Source: Alkaliphilus metalliredigens QYMF
GTDB lineage: Bacteria > Bacillota > Clostridia > Peptostreptococcales > Natronincolaceae
Length of the DNA stretch: 64,000 bases
Reading direction: 5' to 3'
NCBI RefSeq assembly: GCF_000016985.1
Contig: NC_009633.1
Coordinates: 2,211,539 to 2,275,538 of the forward strand
The notes under the pieces are model-generated. The model was not told the DNA's origin, did not search any database, and saw only the letters and a program-made list of their open reading frames with translations. Position 1 is the stretch's first letter. Each line of letters begins with the position of its first letter. Both the position numbers and the translations under genes were made by a program. Of this stretch, positions 15,175-26,491 are shown piece after piece.

Positions 15175-18100
15175 TTGGCATTATCTGACCAATGTAACCA
15201 TTGATATTCATGACAACTGCCTCATAACCGGTGACAATGGTTCAGGAAAATCTACCATTCTCGATGCCATCCAATATGTACTAACGGGAGGTCGGGCAAG
15301 GTTTAATAGTGCTGCCCATGAAAAGGCAAAAAGGGATTTGTTGGGCTATGTACGCTGTAAGACAGGGAAAGATACCAATGCCTACGAAAGAAAGGGAGAT
15401 GTGACAGCCCATGTGGCCCTAGAGTTTTATGAGGAAAGTAAAAAGAGATCCTTTGTTTTGGGGGCTGTCATTGACTCATCCAGCGACCTAAGCAATCCAA
15501 AGGTGATTTTTTATCGAATCGTGAACCAAAAGATAGAGGACAAACTATTTCTTAATGGTGCTGTCCCTAAAAATATCAGTCAATTTAAGGTATCGACGAA
15601 ATCTTTTCAAACAAAAATATTGCCAACCCAAACTGCAGCCAGAGAGGATTTTAATCATTCATTAGGCTCCATTGGGCATCGGTTTTTTGAATTATTACCT
15701 AAAGCCTTAGCCTTTAAAGCCATAGAGAATGTCAAAGATTTTGTCTACTCATATATCTTAGATGAGAAAGAAGTCAACATTGATTATTTAAAGGAGAATG
15801 TCCGGACCTATATGGATTTTGAAAGGGTTCTTGAAGGAATTAAGCAAAAGCTAGAGCGTTTAGAGGAGATTCAAAAAGAATATGAAGAGGTCTTGCGGGT
15901 TGAAGAAAATATCAGAATTCACGATTATATTATTTTAAAATCCCAGAAGGATACGGAGGAAGAAAAGTTAAAGTCAAAAAACATGCTCTTGAGTAAACGT
16001 CAGGAGCAGTCCTCAAAGGAAAAGGAAAGTGAAGTTCAGCATATCAATCAGCTAGACCTATTGAAAGAGCGAGAAAGTGACATTCGAAAGAGTCTATTAA
16101 CCAATGATACCTATCAGTTAATGAGGAGCCTAGAGCATGACATTAAGCTCCTTGAAAACTCAAAACGGGAATTAGACAATGAACAGCAAGGATTCATGAC
16201 AGCATTGCAGACGGAGCTTGATAGAATGAAGAAAATCCACGGCTTGAATATTGAGATCAAGGGGTTAAAGGATTTTGTAGAACGCAGTCAAACCCTAGAC
16301 AATCCACCATCTGTAGGGGACTTTTGTGAATCCGCCTTTGTCCTGGAGGAAAGCTTTAATGAAGTCAGTGGACAATTCAACGAAAACTTATTTAAACTGA
16401 AATCCAGTAAAGAAGATAAGGAAAAGCAACTTAGGAAAGTCAATGAGGAAATTCAGATATTAGATAGTAAAAAGCTTGTTCATAATAAGGAAGTCATTGC
16501 CCTTCAAAGGGTGATCGGCAGTGAATTGGAAAAGCTTGAGGGGAAGCGGATTGAGGCTAAAATTATTTGTGAGTTACTAGAGGTATCAGATCCGATATGG
16601 CAGGATGCGGTGGAGGGTTATTTAAACACCCAGCGGTTTAACTTACTTGTGGATCCCCAATATTTTGATGATTCATTACATGCCTATGAGCGGTATAAAA
16701 AATCCAATGGCATACATGGGGTGGGCCTCATTAACACCCAACAACTTGAAAAATATCAAGAGTGTGATGAAAACAGTCTAGCGGCGGTGGTCACCTCTAA
16801 AAATAAGTATGCAAAGTATTATATTAATATGGTTTTAGGTAAGGTGATACGATGTGACGCTGTTGAGAATTTAAAGAAGTACCAACGATCCATCACCCCA
16901 ACCTGCATGGTGTATCAAAATCATACCGCCCGTCAAATCAATCCTCAGATTTATAAGAAGCCCTATATTGGTTCTGAAGCCTATAAAAAGCAGCTTGTGT
17001 TAAAGGTAGAAGAGCAAAAACAATTAAAAGAAGTGCTCCTGGGATTGGGAGAAGAAATAGAAAAATTGAATGAAATTATGAAACTAATGATAAAACCTAG
17101 GTTTGAGTACTTAAGAGAGCACAGTGATGTACAAATCAAGGTGAATCAGAAGCATGAGGAGATAGGAACCAAGCAGGAAGAGTTAAAGCGAATCGATAGA
17201 AGTACCATCATGGAATTAGATCTAGAGCTGGAGAGCATTAAAAAGACAATCGATGCAAAGGAGAAGGAACTCAAGACCATTAACGGTCGTGTCATTCGGC
17301 TAGATTTCGAAATGGAGCAACTGGAAAAAGAGATCAATCAGTTTGAAGATCGGGTTCATGGCATAGCCAAACAAATCATTAATTATGAAACCCAACACGG
17401 AGAAATACTGGATAAGGCCAATGAACGCTATCAGGCTGGACTCAAGCTAAGGAAGCCCTATGATATACACCAGAATTTTACCCGAAGTAGACAGGGATTA
17501 GATACAAAGCTCAATAATGCTGAGAACGAATTAATGTACCAGCAAAGGCAATATAATAATGATTATCACTTCGGTGGGGCTGAGGGCAAGGCTGGCATGG
17601 AGGATTTTAACCGAGAAAACAAGGTATTAAGGGAAAGTAAGGTCATTGAGTATGAGGAAAAGATCAATGGTGCAAGACAAAAGGCTGAAGAGGAGTTCAA
17701 GGAGCATTTCATCTCAAAGCTACAAGAGAATATTGTATCGGCTCAAAATGAATTTAAAAAATTGAATCAAGCATTGAAGGGAATCCAATTTGGGCAAGAT
17801 GAGTATAAATTTTATTTCAGTGCCAATAAGCAATATGATAAGTTCTATAGGATGATTATGGATGAAAACAACCTAGGAGGAAACACCCTGTTTACAGGGG
17901 TCTATCGTCAGAAGCATAAGGAAGCCATGGAAGAATTATTTGAACGAATTACAGTGGATAATGATGAATCTAGAAAGGCCCTAGAGAAGTTTACGGACTA
18001 TCGAACATTTATGGATTATGATATTAAGATCTATCACAGTGATGGGAGTACCTCTAGCTTTGCCAAGGTCTGTCGTGAAAAAAGTGGTGGTGAGACCCAA

Positions 18101-18388
18101 ACCCCTTATTATGTAGCCATTGCTGCATCCTTTGTACAGCTATATGATAGTGGTATTCACCAGGACAAGCTAGGCATTATTTTATTAGATGAAGCCTTTG
18201 ATAAAATGGATGAAAATCGTATCGACAGTATGATGTCCTTTTTTAGTAAACTAGACTTGCAGCTGTTGATTGCATCACCCCCACAAAAGATTGAGACAAT
18301 CGGACCCCATGTGGGGACAACCTTAGTTGTAACGAAGGAAGATAATTTTAGCTGGGTGGAGGCATTTAGAATCGATGAAGAATTATAA
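15143..18388 (+). CDS. jetC: Wadjet JetC (SMC/MksB-like ATPase)
   Basis: Walker A 'ITGDNGSGKSTILDAI'. Long coiled-coil arms. Signature and Walker B 'SGGETQ...IILLDEAFDKMD'. 1081 aa. Confidence 0.85.
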   Translation: MKKLTKIKLINWHYLTNVTIDIHDNCLITGDNGSGKSTILDAIQYVLTGGRARFNSAAHEKAKRDLLGYVRCKTGKDTNAYERKGDVTAHVALEFYEESKKRSFVLGAVIDSSSDLSNPKVIFYRIVNQKIEDKLFLNGAVPKNISQFKVSTKSFQTKILPTQTAAREDFNHSLGSIGHRFFELLPKALAFKAIENVKDFVYSYILDEKEVNIDYLKENVRTYMDFERVLEGIKQKLERLEEIQKEYEEVLRVEENIRIHDYIILKSQKDTEEEKLKSKNMLLSKRQEQSSKEKESEVQHINQLDLLKERESDIRKSLLTNDTYQLMRSLEHDIKLLENSKRELDNEQQGFMTALQTELDRMKKIHGLNIEIKGLKDFVERSQTLDNPPSVGDFCESAFVLEESFNEVSGQFNENLFKLKSSKEDKEKQLRKVNEEIQILDSKKLVHNKEVIALQRVIGSELEKLEGKRIEAKIICELLEVSDPIWQDAVEGYLNTQRFNLLVDPQYFDDSLHAYERYKKSNGIHGVGLINTQQLEKYQECDENSLAAVVTSKNKYAKYYINMVLGKVIRCDAVENLKKYQRSITPTCMVYQNHTARQINPQIYKKPYIGSEAYKKQLVLKVEEQKQLKEVLLGLGEEIEKLNEIMKLMIKPRFEYLREHSDVQIKVNQKHEEIGTKQEELKRIDRSTIMELDLELESIKKTIDAKEKELKTINGRVIRLDFEMEQLEKEINQFEDRVHGIAKQIINYETQHGEILDKANERYQAGLKLRKPYDIHQNFTRSRQGLDTKLNNAENELMYQQRQYNNDYHFGGAEGKAGMEDFNRENKVLRESKVIEYEEKINGARQKAEEEFKEHFISKLQENIVSAQNEFKKLNQALKGIQFGQDEYKFYFSANKQYDKFYRMIMDENNLGGNTLFTGVYRQKHKEAMEELFERITVDNDESRKALEKFTDYRTFMDYDIKIYHSDGSTSSFAKVCREKSGGETQTPYYVAIAASFVQLYDSGIHQDKLGIILLDEAFDKMDENRIDSMMSFFSKLDLQLLIASPPQKIETIGPHVGTTLVVTKEDNFSWVEAFRIDEEL

Positions 18389-19580
18389 AAAGATGATACT
18401 CAATCATTTGGTAGATAAATATGAAAAAAGTTCTTTGTACCGTGGGGATAATAAGGTCAATGTAACCATTGGCATGACCATCAATAAAAAAAACCTATCG
18501 GATTATTTTAATGAATGGGATTATACATTGAAAAAGGAGATCAATGAACAGGCCTTAAGTCTACAGGAGGAAGCGCTCATTGAAATCCAGTGGAAGAAGT
18601 TTCAAGAGGGAAACATCCTAGACAAATTAAAATTGAACATTGAATCACTGGATCGTGTTTATGAAGTATTAAAAAGACAGCCAAAGAGTCAGCTAGAGAA
18701 TGACGTTGGCACCATTGTCATGGGTTATTGTGATAGAACGGATTGGCTGGGTGATTTTGCAAGGGATATGAAAGAGAAGCTAGTTCAAAAGGGCAGTATT
18801 AAAAAATACTTGGACATAGAGGATCGGGTAGAGGTCAAGGATGTATTCATGGCTCTGGATCAAATACGAGCCCAGACCGATGAAATACCCAAGCGGGTTT
18901 TCAGTATAAGGGTATTTTCAGATTCCAAACGTTTTGAAAGGGTAGAGTCTAAAGTGGTGAGAATCATGAGGGACTACGGGCCCTATGAAGTGGATATGGA
19001 TATATTGGCGGAGGAAAATATTATCCAAAATCCTAGCTATGTCTTTCTGAAGGGAAAAGCTGTACTGCTCTGTAATGAAGAAACAATCAATTTAGAAAAG
19101 GTGGATGGTGAGATTGGTCTAGGTGCTGGTTTAATTGATAATCTAAGCTTCAAGACAATCGATGCAAAGAGAGTTTTAACCATTGAAAATTTAACAACCT
19201 TTCATTGCTATGAACCTAAGGATGAACTGGTGATCTATTTAGGTGGTTATCATAATGCCACAAGACGAAGACTCCTAAAGAAGATCCATGGGTTTAATCC
19301 TGATTTAGCCTTTTACCATTGGGGAGACATTGACCTGGGTGGCTTTAGAATTTTAAATCACCTTAGGAATAAGACTGGTATTAATGTGAAGTCTTATCGG
19401 ATGGATAGAGAGACATTAGAAATGTATAAAAATCATACCAAGAAGATAAAAAGTGAGCAATACAGTGGTGAATTAACAAAACTGTTGGAAAATGAGGAGT
19501 ATATAGAATTCCATGAAGTGATCAGATATATGATTGAGAATAATATGATATTGGAACAGGAAGCATTGGATATAGGATGA
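18375..19580 (+). CDS. jetD: Wadjet JetD (Toprim-domain nuclease subunit, MksG-like)
   Basis: C-terminal Toprim-like 'IYLGGYHN...FYHWGDIDLGGFRIL'. 401 aa. Overlaps jetC by 14 nt. Confidence 0.8.
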   Translation: MKNYKKMILNHLVDKYEKSSLYRGDNKVNVTIGMTINKKNLSDYFNEWDYTLKKEINEQALSLQEEALIEIQWKKFQEGNILDKLKLNIESLDRVYEVLKRQPKSQLENDVGTIVMGYCDRTDWLGDFARDMKEKLVQKGSIKKYLDIEDRVEVKDVFMALDQIRAQTDEIPKRVFSIRVFSDSKRFERVESKVVRIMRDYGPYEVDMDILAEENIIQNPSYVFLKGKAVLLCNEETINLEKVDGEIGLGAGLIDNLSFKTIDAKRVLTIENLTTFHCYEPKDELVIYLGGYHNATRRRLLKKIHGFNPDLAFYHWGDIDLGGFRILNHLRNKTGINVKSYRMDRETLEMYKNHTKKIKSEQYSGELTKLLENEEYIEFHEVIRYMIENNMILEQEALDIG

Positions 19581-19675
19581 TGGTTGCAGTAAAAGGGGTT
19601 ATCTTGCTATTAGATAATTGATGCGATAAGTGAAATTTCATATAACTTTATGATAAGAAATTTGGAGGTGAGACT

Positions 19676-19845
19676 ATGGAAATGGTATTCTATAAGTGTT
19701 CGGTATGTGGATTTATTCATCAAGTGCCGGCGTACTGGAGTGGCTTTTCACCAGAGGAAGAAATAGAAATGGTACATTTCAATCTAGAAACCAATGAAAT
19801 GTGTGGTAAATTGATGTTGAGCTTAGTTGAGGTATAGAAAAATAT
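19676..19845 (+). CDS. Small Cys-containing hypothetical protein (56 aa), not in the supplied ORF track
   Basis: Good RBS ggaggtgagact before ATG. Encodes MEMVFYKCSVCGFIHQVPAYWSG... with CxxCG. Confidence 0.25.
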
Positions 19846-19934
19846 ATAGATAAGGGAGATTAGTCCTGGAGGGCGACCACGGTGAGTCTTTTTCTATGGA
19901 TAGGTTAAAAACGTAGTACTGGAGGGGTTGGAAA

Positions 19935-21170
19935 TTGATTGAACTTATTAAGGATTTATTGATAAATTATGGTACAAATGAGAGGGTAGCCCAGTATTTC
20001 TCTAATACAATAGCGGTTATCGTGATTATCATGGTCAGCCTGATCGTTGATTCAATTGTGCGAAAGGTTCTTCTTAGAACGTTAAAGTCTTATACTGAGA
20101 AAACAAAAGCTAAATGGGACAATATCATTGTAGAGAAAAAGGTTTTTGATCGACTGGCTCGTATTGTGCCAATAGGAATCATACATGCATTTGCTCCAGT
20201 ATTTCCTGCTTATCAAATGTGGATTCAGAGAATTGCTTTTGCCTGTATTGTTTTCATTGTTTTACTAGCACTCAATCGATTCTTAGATGCCATAAATTAT
20301 ATCTACTCAAGCTATGGAATAGCTAAGGTAAGACCTATTAAAGGATATATTCAGGTGGTAGAGATCACTTTATATACCATTGGTATTATTATCATTATCA
20401 GTGTTTTGATAGATCGTTCTCCGTGGATTTTATTAAGTGGTGTAGGTGCTGCAACAGCAGTATTTATTCTTGTTTTTCAAAACTCCATACTGGGACTTGT
20501 AGCCAGTATTCAAATTACCACAAATAACATGCTACAAATCGGAGACTGGATCGAAATGCCTAAGTATGGAGCGGATGGAGATGTGTTAGAGATCTCTCTG
20601 CATACAGTAAAGGTACAAAACTGGGATCAAACGATTATTATGATTCCAACCTATTTACTTATATCAGAATCATTTAAGAACTGGAGAGGGATGCAGGAGT
20701 CCGGTGGTAGAAGAATTATGAGAGCTGTCTATATAGATGTCACAAGCATCAAATTTTGTGATGAAGAGATGCTAGCAGGATTTGAGGAAATCCAATACAT
20801 TAAAGAAGACCTTCAGAATAAGAGAAAAGAAATAGATAAATACAACAAGGATTATAAAGTGAATTCCGCACATGCTGCTAACGGAAGACACATAACCAAT
20901 ATAGGGATCTTTAGGAGTTATATAGAGAACTACTTAAAAAATCATCCTAAGGTAAGTCAAAATATGATCCAAATGGTGAGACAGCTTCAACCCACTGAAA
21001 ATGGATTGCCCATAGAAATATATGCTTTCACAAATGAAATCGCATGGGCAGATTATGAGGCAATACAAGCGGATATTTTTGATCATATATTAGCTGTGCT
21101 TCCTGAGTTTGATCTTAGGATTTATCAAGGGCCCACAGGATATGATTTTAGTAAACTGAGAAGTATATAG
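19935..21170 (+). CDS. Mechanosensitive ion channel (MscS family)
   Basis: N-terminal TM helices, then the MscS beta-domain 'IGDWIEMPKYGADGDVLEISLHTVKVQNWDQTIIMIPTYLL'. TTG start with RBS ggagggg. Confidence 0.8.
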   Translation: MIELIKDLLINYGTNERVAQYFSNTIAVIVIIMVSLIVDSIVRKVLLRTLKSYTEKTKAKWDNIIVEKKVFDRLARIVPIGIIHAFAPVFPAYQMWIQRIAFACIVFIVLLALNRFLDAINYIYSSYGIAKVRPIKGYIQVVEITLYTIGIIIIISVLIDRSPWILLSGVGAATAVFILVFQNSILGLVASIQITTNNMLQIGDWIEMPKYGADGDVLEISLHTVKVQNWDQTIIMIPTYLLISESFKNWRGMQESGGRRIMRAVYIDVTSIKFCDEEMLAGFEEIQYIKEDLQNKRKEIDKYNKDYKVNSAHAANGRHITNIGIFRSYIENYLKNHPKVSQNMIQMVRQLQPTENGLPIEIYAFTNEIAWADYEAIQADIFDHILAVLPEFDLRIYQGPTGYDFSKLRSI

Positions 21171-21228
21171 AATTCCATGAAGTGCTCAGCTATGGGTATA
21201 GTTGTAAATGAGGGAAGGAGAGAAGGGT

Positions 21229-21708
21229 ATGAAAAGAGTGGATAAAATACTAGGAAATCTGCAATATCAGATTTATCTTCAAAGGAATATGGAGGCAGAA
21301 ACGGACCGAGTTTTATGTAGGCATAATCTTCAACACTGTTTAGATGTAGCAAGGGTAGGATACATCGTCGCCCTAGAGAACAATCTAGAGGTAGAGAAGG
21401 AACTAATTTATGCAACGGCCCTATTGCATGATATTGGTAGGTGGAGACAATATGCCGATGGAACTGACCATGCTGTGACTGGTGGAGAGCTTGCTAAGGG
21501 GATACTCATGGATTGTGATTTTAGTGAATTTGAGATAGAACTTATTGTACAGGCTATTATAAAGCATCGGAAGGGTACGGATTTGGAGACGGCCTTAGAG
21601 CAGGTTATATTTGAAGGGGATAAAAAATCCCGTTTGTGTATAGACTGCGGAGCGATTCAAGGATGTAAAAGATTTACGGGGAATAATAAGCCCTTGCTGC
21701 ACTATTGA
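21229..21708 (+). CDS. HD-domain phosphohydrolase
   Basis: 'ALLHDIGRW' HD motif. RBS ggaaggagag before ATG 21229 (track start 21208). Confidence 0.7.
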   Translation: MKRVDKILGNLQYQIYLQRNMEAETDRVLCRHNLQHCLDVARVGYIVALENNLEVEKELIYATALLHDIGRWRQYADGTDHAVTGGELAKGILMDCDFSEFEIELIVQAIIKHRKGTDLETALEQVIFEGDKKSRLCIDCGAIQGCKRFTGNNKPLLHY

Positions 21709-21774
21709 GAAGGTATGGGTATTGATTTATCCAAATACAGTAGTTAAAAATTTAACTACTTTTAGCATTTAGGT

Positions 21775-21804
21775 TTGACCTTTTAGTTGGACAGCATATA
21801 TAAT
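21775..21804 (+). promoter_or_regulatory. Sigma-A-type promoter of the pab-fol operon
   Basis: TTGACC (21775-80), 18-nt spacer, TATAAT (21799-804). A small terminator-like hairpin agtagtt/aactact lies upstream. Confidence 0.5.
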
Positions 21805-21844
21805 GTAATTATGGAAAATTAAAGTAATTCTAAAAAATAAAGGG

Positions 21845-22453
21845 GTGAGGGACCTGATATTAATGATTGACAACTATGATTCCTTTACTTACAATTTGAC
21901 TCAATACCTAGCTTGTCTAAAGGAAGAGGTACTAGTCTATCGGAATGATTGTATTACTTTAGAAGAAATTGAAGCCTTAAAACCAGAAGTTATTGTGTTG
22001 TCTCCTGGACCATGTACACCAAATAAAGCTGGAATTTGTATAGATGTGGTTGAGAGATTTAAAGGGGAGATCCCGATCTTAGGAATATGCCTTGGACACC
22101 AGACAATAGGACAAGTCTTTGGTGGAAATGTAATTCGAGCTATAGAGCCTGTCCATGGTAAGGTCCATCCGATACACCACAAAAGTGTGGGGGTCTTCAG
22201 TGGGCTAAAAAACCCTCTGAATGTTACCCGATATCACTCCCTAGTAGTTGAACGGGAGAGCTTGCCACAGTGCTTTGAAATTACTGCAGAAACAAATGAG
22301 GGAGAAATCATGGGGATTAGGCATAGGGAATATATGATTGAAGGGGTACAGTTTCATCCCGAAGCCATCCTAACAGAAATGGGAATGGAGCTGTTAAATA
22401 ACTTTCTAATAGCGGCACGAGTACAATATGAGCAGGTGAAAAAATGTATATAG
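21845..22453 (+). CDS. pabA: Aminodeoxychorismate/anthranilate synthase component II (glutamine amidotransferase)
   Basis: '[13 protein letters not shown]', catalytic 'GICLGHQ', 'HPE'. The alternative ATG 21863 start is also possible. Confidence 0.85.
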   Translation: MRDLILMIDNYDSFTYNLTQYLACLKEEVLVYRNDCITLEEIEALKPEVIVLSPGPCTPNKAGICIDVVERFKGEIPILGICLGHQTIGQVFGGNVIRAIEPVHGKVHPIHHKSVGVFSGLKNPLNVTRYHSLVVERESLPQCFEITAETNEGEIMGIRHREYMIEGVQFHPEAILTEMGMELLNNFLIAARVQYEQVKKCI

Positions 22454-23814
22454 AAAAAATCAACACCTCATTAAATAGTTTTGAATTATATACAGTTTTT
22501 AAAGAAGAGCCCTATAGCTTTTTCCTAGATAGTGGCATGGATTATGGGAAACTAGGAAAGTATTCCTTTATAGGTTTTGCGCCTAGCTTAGTATTTAAGA
22601 GTAAAAATAATAGAATCGATATCATTGATGGTGGGAAAATCCATACCTACTCTGGAGATCCCTTTGAAAAGTTAAGAGAACTATATAAAAAGTATAAAAG
22701 GGATTATAAAAGCGAGCTTCCCTTTCTGGGAGGATTTGTAGGATATTTTGGCTATGACCTGTGTCACCATGTGGAGCATCTACCTAGAACTGCTATTGAT
22801 GATGTACAGATTCCTGACTGTTTTATGGGTCTTTATGATGGGGTGATTATTATTGACCATATAAAAAATCAGACCTATGTGGCTGCCTTGGGAATAAAAG
22901 AAGATCCCAATGATATTGTTAATAAAATATCAAAACGGATATATGAAGAAGAAAGAAAAGGTGTTAAGACAGATATAAGGGATAAGGACAAATCTGTAGA
23001 ATTAAAATCTAATTTTAAAAAAGAGGAATATATTATTGCCCTTAGTAAACTTAAGGAATATATTCGAGCAGGGGATATTTATCAAGCTAATCTAACCCAA
23101 AGGTTTGAATGTGAGCTAGAGGAATCTCCCTATGAGCTATATAGCAAACTGCGTCAAATTAATCCAGCTCCCTTTGCAAGCTTTATTGATTATGGAGAAG
23201 GCCATATTGTCAGTAGTTCCCCTGAGCGATTCATCCAAATTAAAGACGGTCTGATAGAAACCCGACCCATTAAGGGAACAAGGCCTAGGGGACAAACCCC
23301 TGAGGAGGATTTGGCAAATCGAGAGGATTTGTTAACCAGTGAAAAGGACAAGGCCGAGCTTTTGATGATCGTTGATTTAGCAAGAAATGACTTGGGACGA
23401 GTATCAAAAGATGGTTCAGTAAAGGTAACGGAACTCTTCCATTTAGAAGAATATGCAACAGTATATCATTTGGTTTCTACTGTTCAAGGAGAGCTAAGGA
23501 AGGAATACGATGTAATTGATTGTATTCGATTAACCTTTCCAGGGGGCTCTATAACCGGGGCACCTAAAATAAGAGCTATGGAAATCATTGATGAGCTTGA
23601 ACCGACCCAAAGAAATATTTATACGGGATCTATAGGGTATATAGGTCTAAACGGAGACACAGACTTAAATATTGTAATTAGAACCATTGTATGTAAAGAC
23701 AATAAAGCCTATTTTCAAGTAGGGGGAGGAATCGTATGGGATTCTGATCCAGAGATGGAATACCAAGAAACCCTCCATAAGGCGAGGGCTTTAATACAGG
23801 CGTTAAAAAGTTAG
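22444..23814 (+). CDS. pabB: Aminodeoxychorismate synthase component I
   Basis: Chorismate-binding domain motifs '[13 protein letters not shown]', '[25 protein letters not shown]', '[19 protein letters not shown]'. Confidence 0.8.
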   Translation: MYIEKINTSLNSFELYTVFKEEPYSFFLDSGMDYGKLGKYSFIGFAPSLVFKSKNNRIDIIDGGKIHTYSGDPFEKLRELYKKYKRDYKSELPFLGGFVGYFGYDLCHHVEHLPRTAIDDVQIPDCFMGLYDGVIIIDHIKNQTYVAALGIKEDPNDIVNKISKRIYEEERKGVKTDIRDKDKSVELKSNFKKEEYIIALSKLKEYIRAGDIYQANLTQRFECELEESPYELYSKLRQINPAPFASFIDYGEGHIVSSSPERFIQIKDGLIETRPIKGTRPRGQTPEEDLANREDLLTSEKDKAELLMIVDLARNDLGRVSKDGSVKVTELFHLEEYATVYHLVSTVQGELRKEYDVIDCIRLTFPGGSITGAPKIRAMEIIDELEPTQRNIYTGSIGYIGLNGDTDLNIVIRTIVCKDNKAYFQVGGGIVWDSDPEMEYQETLHKARALIQALKS

Positions 23815-23856
23815 GGATATAGCTCTAATTTTAAGATGAGAAATGAAGGTGATTCC

Positions 23857-24675
23857 ATGTATATTTTAATGAATGGTCAACTCATAGGGGAAGGTGAGGG
23901 ACATTTATCCCCTAGTGGAGAGGCTCTTTTCTATGGCTATGGGTTGTTTGAGACCCTAAAGTATCATAACAAAAAAATATTTTTTCTAAGAGAGCATTTG
24001 GAAAGATTGACCCTGGGCTGTAGGAAATTAGATCTTCAATTGAAGATTGAGGAAGCCCTGATAGAAGAGTGGGCGTATCAATTAATCCAGGCAAATCAGC
24101 TCCCCACAGGTACATTGAAGATCACTTGTATAAAAAGTCAGGATCATGTGGATGTGATTTTATCGATTAGAAAAAATGTCTACACAAACAAGGATTATGA
24201 ACAGGGCTTTAAATTATGCTTTACTGAGGTAAAAAGAAATCCCTATTCTATCCTAACCTATATTAAGTCCAATAATTATTTGGAAAACCTGTTGGTGCGG
24301 AAAGAGGCACTGGCTCAGGGCTACCATGAGGTGGTATTTACAAATGTCCATGGGAAGATTTGTGAAGGAGCTATATCCAATATCTTTTTTGTAAGGGAAG
24401 GCATACTTTATACACCGGCTGTGGAATGTGGAATATTAGAGGGAATCATGCGAAATAAAATATTAGAAATAGCAAGGGGCCTAGACCTAAGGGTTGAAGC
24501 AGGAGGGTACACAGAGGAAGATCTTTTAAAGGCCGAGGAGGTATTTATAACTAATTCCCTACTAGAAATTATGCCAGTTGTAGAGATAGAGGGAAAACAG
24601 TTCAATTTACACAAGAATATAGTGACGCAAACTTTAAGAAAACAATATGAGGATTATATAGGTGCACAACAATAG
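23857..24675 (+). CDS. pabC: Aminodeoxychorismate lyase (class IV aminotransferase fold)
   Basis: Position after pabB. 'GYGLFETL', '[10 protein letters not shown]' PLP-fold type IV motifs. RBS before ATG 23857. Confidence 0.65.
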   Translation: MYILMNGQLIGEGEGHLSPSGEALFYGYGLFETLKYHNKKIFFLREHLERLTLGCRKLDLQLKIEEALIEEWAYQLIQANQLPTGTLKITCIKSQDHVDVILSIRKNVYTNKDYEQGFKLCFTEVKRNPYSILTYIKSNNYLENLLVRKEALAQGYHEVVFTNVHGKICEGAISNIFFVREGILYTPAVECGILEGIMRNKILEIARGLDLRVEAGGYTEEDLLKAEEVFITNSLLEIMPVVEIEGKQFNLHKNIVTQTLRKQYEDYIGAQQ

Positions 24676-24695
24676 ATCAAGGAGGAGGGTCAAAA

Positions 24696-25262
24696 ATGGA
24701 TAAGGAAAAAATACAGCGAGCGGTTCGAGATATACTAGAGGCTATAGGAGAGGACCCAGACAGAGAGGGCTTAATTGATACACCAAAACGCATTGCCAAA
24801 ATGTATGATGAAATCTTCGAAGGATTAGTGGCGGATCCAAAGGATCATTTAGATATATATTTTGAAGATGAAAAGCATGAGGAAATGGTATTAGTAAAGG
24901 ATATTCCCTTTTATTCAGTGTGTGAGCATCACTTAGTACCCTTCTTTGGGAAAGCCCATGTAGGGTATATTCCTAAGGGTGGCAAGCTAACGGGATTAAG
25001 TAAGCTGGCAAGGGTAGTAGATACAGTAGCTAAAAGACCTCAGCTACAGGAACGTTTAACATCTATGATTGCTGAGACGATTATGGACAAACTAGATCCC
25101 CATGGGGTTATTGTAGTCGTTGAAGCAGAGCATATGTGTATGACCATGAGGGGTGTAAAGAAGTCAGGCTCCAAAACCGTTACTTCCGTTGTGAGGGGAA
25201 TCTTTAAAACCGATGCAAAGGCAAGGGCAGAAGCTATGTCATTGATTCAATTTGGTAGCTAA
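24696..25262 (+). CDS. folE: GTP cyclohydrolase I
   Basis: '[21 protein letters not shown]', 'HMCMTMRGV'. Confidence 0.9.
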   Translation: MDKEKIQRAVRDILEAIGEDPDREGLIDTPKRIAKMYDEIFEGLVADPKDHLDIYFEDEKHEEMVLVKDIPFYSVCEHHLVPFFGKAHVGYIPKGGKLTGLSKLARVVDTVAKRPQLQERLTSMIAETIMDKLDPHGVIVVVEAEHMCMTMRGVKKSGSKTVTSVVRGIFKTDAKARAEAMSLIQFGS

Positions 25263-25278
25263 ACTGGAGGCAGAGTCT

Positions 25279-26139
25279 ATGAAAAATATTCAATATGTTC
25301 CAAATAGAGAAGTAGAAGTAAAATGTGGAAAGCATACTTTCCATTTTGGAGCTAAAACCTACATTATGGGAATTCTCAATCTTACCCCTGACTCCTTTTC
25401 TGACGGTGGGAGCTATGTAGATGTGGAAAAGGCTGTAACCCACGCAAAAAAAATGGTAGAAGAGGGAGCCCATATCATAGATGTAGGGGGAGAATCAACC
25501 AGGCCAGGAGCCCAAGAGGTTACAGGAGAAGAGGAATTGAGAAGGGTTCTTCCAGTTGTGGAAAGACTGATAAAGGAAATTGATGTACCTATTTCTGTGG
25601 ATACCTATAAGGGGGAAGTGGCGGAAAAGGTACTAGAGGCAGGGGCCCATATGATTAATGATGTGTGGGGGTTACAGAGGGACCCAAAAATAGCCAAGGT
25701 GATTGCTAAATATGATGTGCCCGTAGTGATGATGCACAACCAAATAGGCACAGAATATAATCAAGATATTATCCAGTCTATGATTGATTTCTTAAGGGAA
25801 TCCATAGATATTGCTAAAAAAGCAGGAATTAAAGAAGAAAATATTATTTTAGATCCGGGCATAGGCTTTGGAAAAACCTCGGAGCAAAATATACATGTAA
25901 TGGGCAGGTTAGGGGAATTGAATGGTTTGGGATATCCTATTCTATTAGGAACCTCTAGAAAATCCATGATAGGAAAAATTTTAGATTTACCTCCTGAAGA
26001 AAGGGTGGAGGGAACCTTAGCCACTTCTGTTATGGGAATTATTCAAGGGGTAGATCTCCTACGGGTGCACGATATTAAAGAAAATATAAGGACAGCAATG
26101 GTTACAGATGCCATTGTAAGGGGGAGGGAAAATGGATAA
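25279..26139 (+). CDS. folP: Dihydropteroate synthase
   Basis: 'IMGILNLTPDSFSDGG', 'IIDVGGESTRPGA', 'DPGIGFGKT'. Confidence 0.9.
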   Translation: MKNIQYVPNREVEVKCGKHTFHFGAKTYIMGILNLTPDSFSDGGSYVDVEKAVTHAKKMVEEGAHIIDVGGESTRPGAQEVTGEEELRRVLPVVERLIKEIDVPISVDTYKGEVAEKVLEAGAHMINDVWGLQRDPKIAKVIAKYDVPVVMMHNQIGTEYNQDIIQSMIDFLRESIDIAKKAGIKEENIILDPGIGFGKTSEQNIHVMGRLGELNGLGYPILLGTSRKSMIGKILDLPPEERVEGTLATSVMGIIQGVDLLRVHDIKENIRTAMVTDAIVRGRENG

Positions 26140-26491
26140 AATTATTTTGAAAAACCTAGGGTTCTATGGCTACCATGGCGTGTTACCGGAGGAAAATCGA
26201 CTGGGACAAAAGTTTTTTGTAGATATAGAGCTATATGCAGATTTGAAGACAGCAGGGAATTCAGATGATGTAAAAGATACGATCAACTATGCTGAGGTAT
26301 ATGATGTTACGAAGGATATTGTAGAAAACCAAACATTTCAATTAATCGAAGCCTTGGCAGAAACTATTGCAGCTAAGGTGCTGAAGGATTTTTCTAGGGT
26401 AAATGAGATTCTTGTAACCATTAGAAAACCGGAGGCTCCAGTAAACGGGATTTATGATTACTTCGGGGTGGAAATAAGGAGAAAAAGGTAA
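26132..26491 (+). CDS. folB: Dihydroneopterin aldolase
   Basis: 119 aa. 'GYHGVLPEE...GQKFFVD', 'INYAEV'. Confidence 0.8.
   Translation: MDKIILKNLGFYGYHGVLPEENRLGQKFFVDIELYADLKTAGNSDDVKDTINYAEVYDVTKDIVENQTFQLIEALAETIAAKVLKDFSRVNEILVTIRKPEAPVNGIYDYFGVEIRRKR

Noticed and set aside
19676-19845. Rubredoxin
   Set aside because: Only one CxxCG motif and three Cys in total. Rubredoxin needs two CxxCG knuckles.
21125-21415. 96-aa minus-strand ORF spanning the mscS/HD-gene junction
   Set aside because: Overlaps two well-supported + strand genes and their intergenic RBS region. No motif.
21709-21844. THF or other riboswitch in front of the pab-fol operon
   Set aside because: The 5' UTR between the -10 element and the start codon is only ~40-55 nt, too short for a THF aptamer. 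No conserved riboswitch core is recognisable.
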